A program made the position numbers and the translations under genes. Below the pieces are notes generated by a model. That model was not told the DNA's origin, did no database searches, and saw nothing but the letters and a program-made list of their open reading frames with translations. From contig CAZNOH010000004.1 of NCBI GenBank assembly GCA_964574655.1, positions 2,046 to 66,045 on the forward strand: a stretch of DNA of 64,000 nucleotides, written 5' to 3'. Numbering within the stretch: position 1 is the first letter of the stretch; the number at the start of each line of letters is the position of its first letter. Source of the DNA: an uncultured Candidatus Saccharibacteria bacterium. GTDB lineage: Bacteria; Patescibacteriota; JABMPQ01; JAQVVF01. This document shows, piece after piece, positions 59,500-64,000 of this stretch.

Positions 59500-60423
59500 T
59501 TAATTATGGGCTTCTTCATGAACTTGTGATGCCATTGTTATAAAAACTAAAGTCAACATTGAGAAAATTAGAGCTTGAATGAAACCAACAAATAATTCCA
59601 TGCCGATAAAAGGAAGGGGCAGTAAATACGGCATTAAAAAAGACATAACTAACAATAAAACCTCGCCAGCAAAGATGTTGCCAAAGAGACGAAAGGAGAA
59701 TGACAGCAGGCGTGAAACTTCGGAAATAATTTCCAAAAGACCGACGGCAAACTGAATTGGGCCGGAAAAATTAAAGAATTTTTTACTGTAAGCTTTAGCG
59801 CCAACAATCATAATGCCAAATATTTGAATACTGACGACAGAAATAATTGCTAAGGCTAGCGTAAAATTCAAATCAGAACTTGGCGAACGAAGAAATGGAA
59901 TAAGATGTTCTTCTTCTTTCGTTTCTTTTTCTTCAGATTTTTTGTCTTCAATTTTTAGAGTATCAGCTTTTTCGGCATTTTCATAGGTGTTAATTGACTT
60001 TTCATCTTTAATTTGTATTTCTTCTTTGTTGGCTTTGGCAATGGCAATCAAGCTTGGCAAACCGGAATTTACATGCTTTTGCTCGCTAACTTCATGCTGA
60101 GGTTTTAAACCAATACTGTCCAGACCTGGCAAGGCTTCAGTCCAATTGCAGGCAATGACAAAAAGAAAAATTGTGGCGACAAGCGGAAAAAATCTGCGAG
60201 TCAATTTTTCACTTTGAGTAATGCCATTAAAAAGTCTAAGCAAAGCTTCAATAATTGTTTCCATGAAATTTTGCAAACCAGATGGAACAAGCTTCATTTT
60301 TCTGGTTGCTAGAATGGAAATAATAATTAAAAAAGCCATTACAATCCAAGTAATGATTAAAGTATTAGTAACTGGCAATGGGCCGATATGAAATAATTCT
60401 TCGGCAACTAATGAAATCTTCAT
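59500..60423 (-). CDS. atpB: ATP synthase subunit a
   Basis: PSGLQN, RSPSSDLN, SFRLFGNIFAGE, IQALIF. Confidence 0.96.
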   Translation of the reverse strand: MKISLVAEELFHIGPLPVTNTLIITWIVMAFLIIISILATRKMKLVPSGLQNFMETIIEALLRLFNGITQSEKLTRRFFPLVATIFLFVIACNWTEALPGLDSIGLKPQHEVSEQKHVNSGLPSLIAIAKANKEEIQIKDEKSINTYENAEKADTLKIEDKKSEEKETKEEEHLIPFLRSPSSDLNFTLALAIISVVSIQIFGIMIVGAKAYSKKFFNFSGPIQFAVGLLEIISEVSRLLSFSFRLFGNIFAGEVLLLVMSFLMPYLLPLPFIGMELFVGFIQALIFSMLTLVFITMASQVHEEAHN

Positions 60424-60429
60424 GTTAAA

Positions 60430-60687
60430 TTATTTTTTATTTTTTGAATCTGGTTTTTTAGAAACTTCTAAAAATGGCAAAACTGTTTTATAAACGCCAA
60501 TTGTTGATGCAACAATTGAAATAATAAGGCCGATAAAGAGAAATAAAGGAGAGGTCTTGAAATAACGGTCTAAAAATACGCCAGCAACAGTAAAAATTAC
60601 TAATGGAATAACAATTGTATAGCCCATTTGAAATGAGAGTCTTAATGCTGAAAAATCTTTAGGAGCAATTGTTATTTTTTGAGACAT
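60430..60687 (-). CDS. AtpZ/AtpI-family membrane protein
   Basis: Two TMs with GVFLDRYFKTSP; first gene of the atp operon. Confidence 0.8.
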   Translation of the reverse strand: MSQKITIAPKDFSALRLSFQMGYTIVIPLVIFTVAGVFLDRYFKTSPLFLFIGLIISIVASTIGVYKTVLPFLEVSKKPDSKNKK

Positions 60688-60733
60688 TTAAATGAATAAA
60701 GGCAAAAACCATTATCTGGCTTTTGCCTTTTAA

Positions 60734-61441
60734 TTATTCTTTTTTAGCTTCTTTTTTTACTTCTTTCTTTTCAGGTGCTGCTTTTCCTTCTGTTTCTGTG
60801 CTTTCAGCTTCTGGCTCTTCTTTTTTGACACCTTCAACTTTTTCAACATCTTCTTCAACGTCTTCCTTCAAAGATTCAAGCTCTTTTTCAGAACGAGGAG
60901 GCGTAACTGTTGCAACAACTTCTTCTTGATCTAAAGAAGTTACGACGTTTTGAGGAAGTGGCAAATCTTTTATTTTAATAACATCTTCAAAAGTATTAAG
61001 AGATGAAATATCTACAATAATTTCTTTAAGCAGATCAGCTGGCAAGCATTCAACTTCAATTTCATTGATATTTTTAACTAAAACACCTTCTAAATCTTTT
61101 ATGGCCTTTGATTGACCAATAAATTTCAATTCAACGTTTGCAGTGATCTTTTGAGTCATATCAACTCTTAAAAAATCGATGTGGATAACAGTATCCTTGA
61201 TTGGATCAAATTGAACATCCTTGATAAGTGCATTTTCTTTTTTTCCATCAATGTCCAAGCCAAGAACTGTACTCTCGCCTGCTTCTTTGTATAGCTTGAC
61301 AAAATTATTATATATTAACTCAATATGCAATGGTTTGAAATTTTTTCCATACAAAACAGCTGGAATTAATTTATTTTCTCTCATTTCACTTAAGGATTTT
61401 TTTAAATCTCTTGTTTTTGCTTTCAATATTAGTTCTGGCAT
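60734..61441 (-). CDS. rplY: 50S ribosomal protein L25/Ctc
   Basis: IPAVLYG, VQFDPI...HIDF, VECLPADL; acidic tail. Confidence 0.94.
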   Translation of the reverse strand: MPELILKAKTRDLKKSLSEMRENKLIPAVLYGKNFKPLHIELIYNNFVKLYKEAGESTVLGLDIDGKKENALIKDVQFDPIKDTVIHIDFLRVDMTQKITANVELKFIGQSKAIKDLEGVLVKNINEIEVECLPADLLKEIIVDISSLNTFEDVIKIKDLPLPQNVVTSLDQEEVVATVTPPRSEKELESLKEDVEEDVEKVEGVKKEEPEAESTETEGKAAPEKKEVKKEAKKE

Positions 61442-61607
61442 AGGATAGATTAGTTAACAGTTAACAGCCAAGAGTTAACAGAATATGATAACTTAGAAAC
61501 CGCTAACGATTATGAATTTAATAAAATAAAAAAGACTATTTTTCGCAAAATCAATCAAGAATAATTATAGCATCTTTATTTTTTTTGGCAATATTAAATT
61601 CTAAATT

Positions 61608-61937
61608 TTAATGTTTTGTTTTTGACAAATGCTGATAAGCATAGATTACATCGTCAGAATTTATTTCTTTTGCTTTTCTGAATCTTAGAACATCTTCATA
61701 TGTGAGATCAGTAACCAAGCCAATTGAGCTGATGCCCATTGGATTTGCTATTAGACTGGCCAAAACAGAGCATCTGCATTTTTGACAGTAAGCATGGATT
61801 AAGAATGAGTCTTTTTTTTCAGAAATAATTCTCGCTTGATCGATGCTGAATTTGGTATTGCAAAATGGGCAGATGGAAAGCCATTTAACTTTTTCTAGCA
61901 TCTCGTGATTGTTCTTCTTAATATTATCTTCAAGCAT
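61608..61937 (-). CDS. Hypothetical zinc-ribbon protein
   Basis: CPFC...CQKC, GLVTDLT. Confidence 0.65.
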   Translation of the reverse strand: MLEDNIKKNNHEMLEKVKWLSICPFCNTKFSIDQARIISEKKDSFLIHAYCQKCRCSVLASLIANPMGISSIGLVTDLTYEDVLRFRKAKEINSDDVIYAYQHLSKTKH

Positions 61938-61978
61938 ATTTACATTATATATGTAATGGTATTTTTTTCAAGAAATAA

Positions 61979-62025
61979 TTGACGATACTGACTTTTTTTG
62001 TTAAGCTCATACTAGTTCTTTGCAA
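61979..62025 (+). promoter_or_regulatory. sigma70-type promoter with boxA-like sequence
   Basis: TTGACG-17-TAAGCT then AGTTCTTTGCAA. Confidence 0.55.
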
Positions 62026-62045
62026 GAAGGGAGAGGAGGAGAAAA

Positions 62046-62774
62046 ATGGGAAACAGACAGATTAGCATGGATGATGCTCTAGTATTGTTAGCTCAACAAC
62101 AAATAGATCAGTTTAATCAATGGAGGCAACAGAATAGTGTATCAAAAGAAACGCTTGTTATCCCAGGCGATTTTTGTCAGCACTTCAATATGTTTGATTT
62201 TTCTGGCTGTAACTTAAGCGGGGCTAATTGCAGAGGCTTGAAATTGTCTGCAGAAGACGGTAAATTTTTGGTAAAAGCATGCCAAGTGGATTTTTCTTAT
62301 TCTGATTTGAGCGATGCTTATTGCAAAGGCGTTGATTTTTCAGGATCTGATTTTACTGGCACGAAATTGAATGGGACTGATTGCAGATGTTGCAATTTCG
62401 ATCGCTGTAAAATTTCGGCTGAACAGCTCAAATCTTGCAAGATCAGCGATGCAAAATTGACTAGAATTAACTTTAGAGACGGCTTTTCCTCTCAACGTCA
62501 AGATTTGCGCGGAGTAGACTTTTCAGAATCAATTTTTGGAGACTACTCATCACTAGAGAATTGTGATTTGCGAGGAGCAATGTTTTTTGGCACTTATTTG
62601 AAGGCTTCAGCAAAATTTGATGGCGCTAGGTTTTCTGGAAATATTGAAGATCTTGGACTTTCTTTACATCAAATGGATGGACTTAATTTATTGAACAAAT
62701 CAATTCTGCCTCTGCCTTGGCTGACTCTTCTGATGGAATACAGAAAGATGACATTACGATTTCCAAAAAAATAG
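62046..62774 (+). CDS. Pentapeptide repeat protein
   Basis: FNQWR N-terminus; A(D/N)(L/F)xx repeats; GAGGAGG SD; terminator at ~62789-62813. Confidence 0.85.
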   Translation: MGNRQISMDDALVLLAQQQIDQFNQWRQQNSVSKETLVIPGDFCQHFNMFDFSGCNLSGANCRGLKLSAEDGKFLVKACQVDFSYSDLSDAYCKGVDFSGSDFTGTKLNGTDCRCCNFDRCKISAEQLKSCKISDAKLTRINFRDGFSSQRQDLRGVDFSESIFGDYSSLENCDLRGAMFFGTYLKASAKFDGARFSGNIEDLGLSLHQMDGLNLLNKSILPLPWLTLLMEYRKMTLRFPKK

Positions 62775-62812
62775 ACGAACGTTATTTCAATCTCACATAT
62801 TTGTGGGATTTT

Positions 62813-63913
62813 TTATTTGAATTCTAAACCCTTATATCTAACAAAGATACTCTGGACAATTCCCAAAGAGATCATGCTGGCAATCATGGCGCTTCCGCCA
62901 TAGCTGACTAGAGGAAGCGGAACTCCAGCAATTGGCATAATGCTTAAATTCATTCCTATATTAACAAGGATCTGGAAAGTAAAACCAATGGCAATTCCAC
63001 AACAAACCATTAATCCAAATTCATCGCGCGCTTTCATGGCGGTTCTTAAGATTCTAAAAATTAGAACAAAAAATAGCACTAATAAAAATGAACTGCCAAT
63101 AAAACCAAGCTCTTCAGAAATTACTGCAAATATAAAATCAGTGTGTTGAGCTGGTAAAAATTTTAATTGGCTTTGACTGCCATGGCCCAAGCCTTGACCT
63201 GTCATTGCTCCTGAACCGATGGCAATTTTGGCTTGAATCATATTATAGCCCTGACCTAGAGGATCTGCTTCAGGATTGATAAAGCTAGTAATTCTATTTT
63301 TTTGATAATCATATAAAAAGAAATTCCAGACAATGGATGTAAGTGCCAAGCCAATAATGACGATTGCTAGAATGTATGATTTTTTTAATCCTGATATCAA
63401 AAGCATTCCAAACCAAGTAACAACCAAAACTAAAGCTGAACCCATATCAGGCTGAAGCATAATTAAAAATGAAGGAATCGCCATGATAATTCCAGAAACA
63501 ATTACGTGTTTTAAAATGCTTTGCTTTTTTGCATTGACAAAATATCTTGCCAATATAACGATTAAAGCAATTTTAATAAATTCTGCTGGCTGGAATTGAA
63601 AAAAACCAAGATTAAACCAGCCCTTGGTGCCTTGAAAAATTGTTCCAAAGAAAAGAACCAAAACTAAAGAAACCGTAAAAATGGTATACAGAATATACGC
63701 GTAGCTTTGAAAAATTCGGTAATCTAGAATTATCATTATAAAGAATAATACTAGACCAAGAACAACAGCAATTATTTGCTTAACAACAAAGTCTTGCAAT
63801 CCTTCTTGATAAGTAGTGCTAATGATCGCTGCTAAACCTAAAACCGCCAATAAAAGCATTGACGAAAATAAAAACCAATCAAGTTTTTTAAAAATTTGAA
63901 GAAACTTGAGCAT
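62813..63913 (-). CDS. rodA: Rod shape-determining protein RodA (SEDS glycosyltransferase)
   Basis: FQPAEFIK, QPDMG, DYQKNRI, GYNMIQAKIAIGSG, HTDFIF, PLVSYGGS. Confidence 0.92.
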   Translation of the reverse strand: MLKFLQIFKKLDWFLFSSMLLLAVLGLAAIISTTYQEGLQDFVVKQIIAVVLGLVLFFIMIILDYRIFQSYAYILYTIFTVSLVLVLFFGTIFQGTKGWFNLGFFQFQPAEFIKIALIVILARYFVNAKKQSILKHVIVSGIIMAIPSFLIMLQPDMGSALVLVVTWFGMLLISGLKKSYILAIVIIGLALTSIVWNFFLYDYQKNRITSFINPEADPLGQGYNMIQAKIAIGSGAMTGQGLGHGSQSQLKFLPAQHTDFIFAVISEELGFIGSSFLLVLFFVLIFRILRTAMKARDEFGLMVCCGIAIGFTFQILVNIGMNLSIMPIAGVPLPLVSYGGSAMIASMISLGIVQSIFVRYKGLEFK

Positions 63914-64000
63914 AAAAAAATTTTCAATTATCAATATTCAATTTTCAATGTTCAATTCGTTCGTTTGAAAATTGATTCATTGATAATTTAATGTAAATTG

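Overview
AT-rich (about 30% GC by eye) chromosomal segment that looks like a Patescibacteria/CPR (Parcubacteria-like) bacterium using genetic code 11; most genes are on the minus strand. Core content: dcw genes (mraZ-rsmH-ftsL-ftsI-murF), rplJL, rpmG (missing from the ORF track), four tRNAs, rpsB/tsf/pyrH, rpmE-prfA-prmC, the full F1Fo ATP synthase operon, rplY, rodA, mltG and several tRNA-processing enzymes. Three unusual layers overlie this. (1) A family of intergenic inverted-repeat elements built from 7-9 nt periodic units; three copies enclose a four-helix-bundle or GxxExxY gene inside core operons, about 20 are empty, and some have entered coding sequences (atpA, elp3; a palindromic pair sits in rsmH). 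(2) A class of self-contained accessory genes with sigma70 promoters, strong GGAGG Shine-Dalgarno sites (absent from the core genes inspected), terminators and in three cases very high GC; it includes csrA and a B-box-Prs fusion, and a GGA-rich sRNA candidate lies nearby. (3) A divergent Elp3 + Trm9-like pair suggesting eukaryote/archaea-type wobble-U34 modification. All calls are from reading the sequence by eye; no searches or computations were run.
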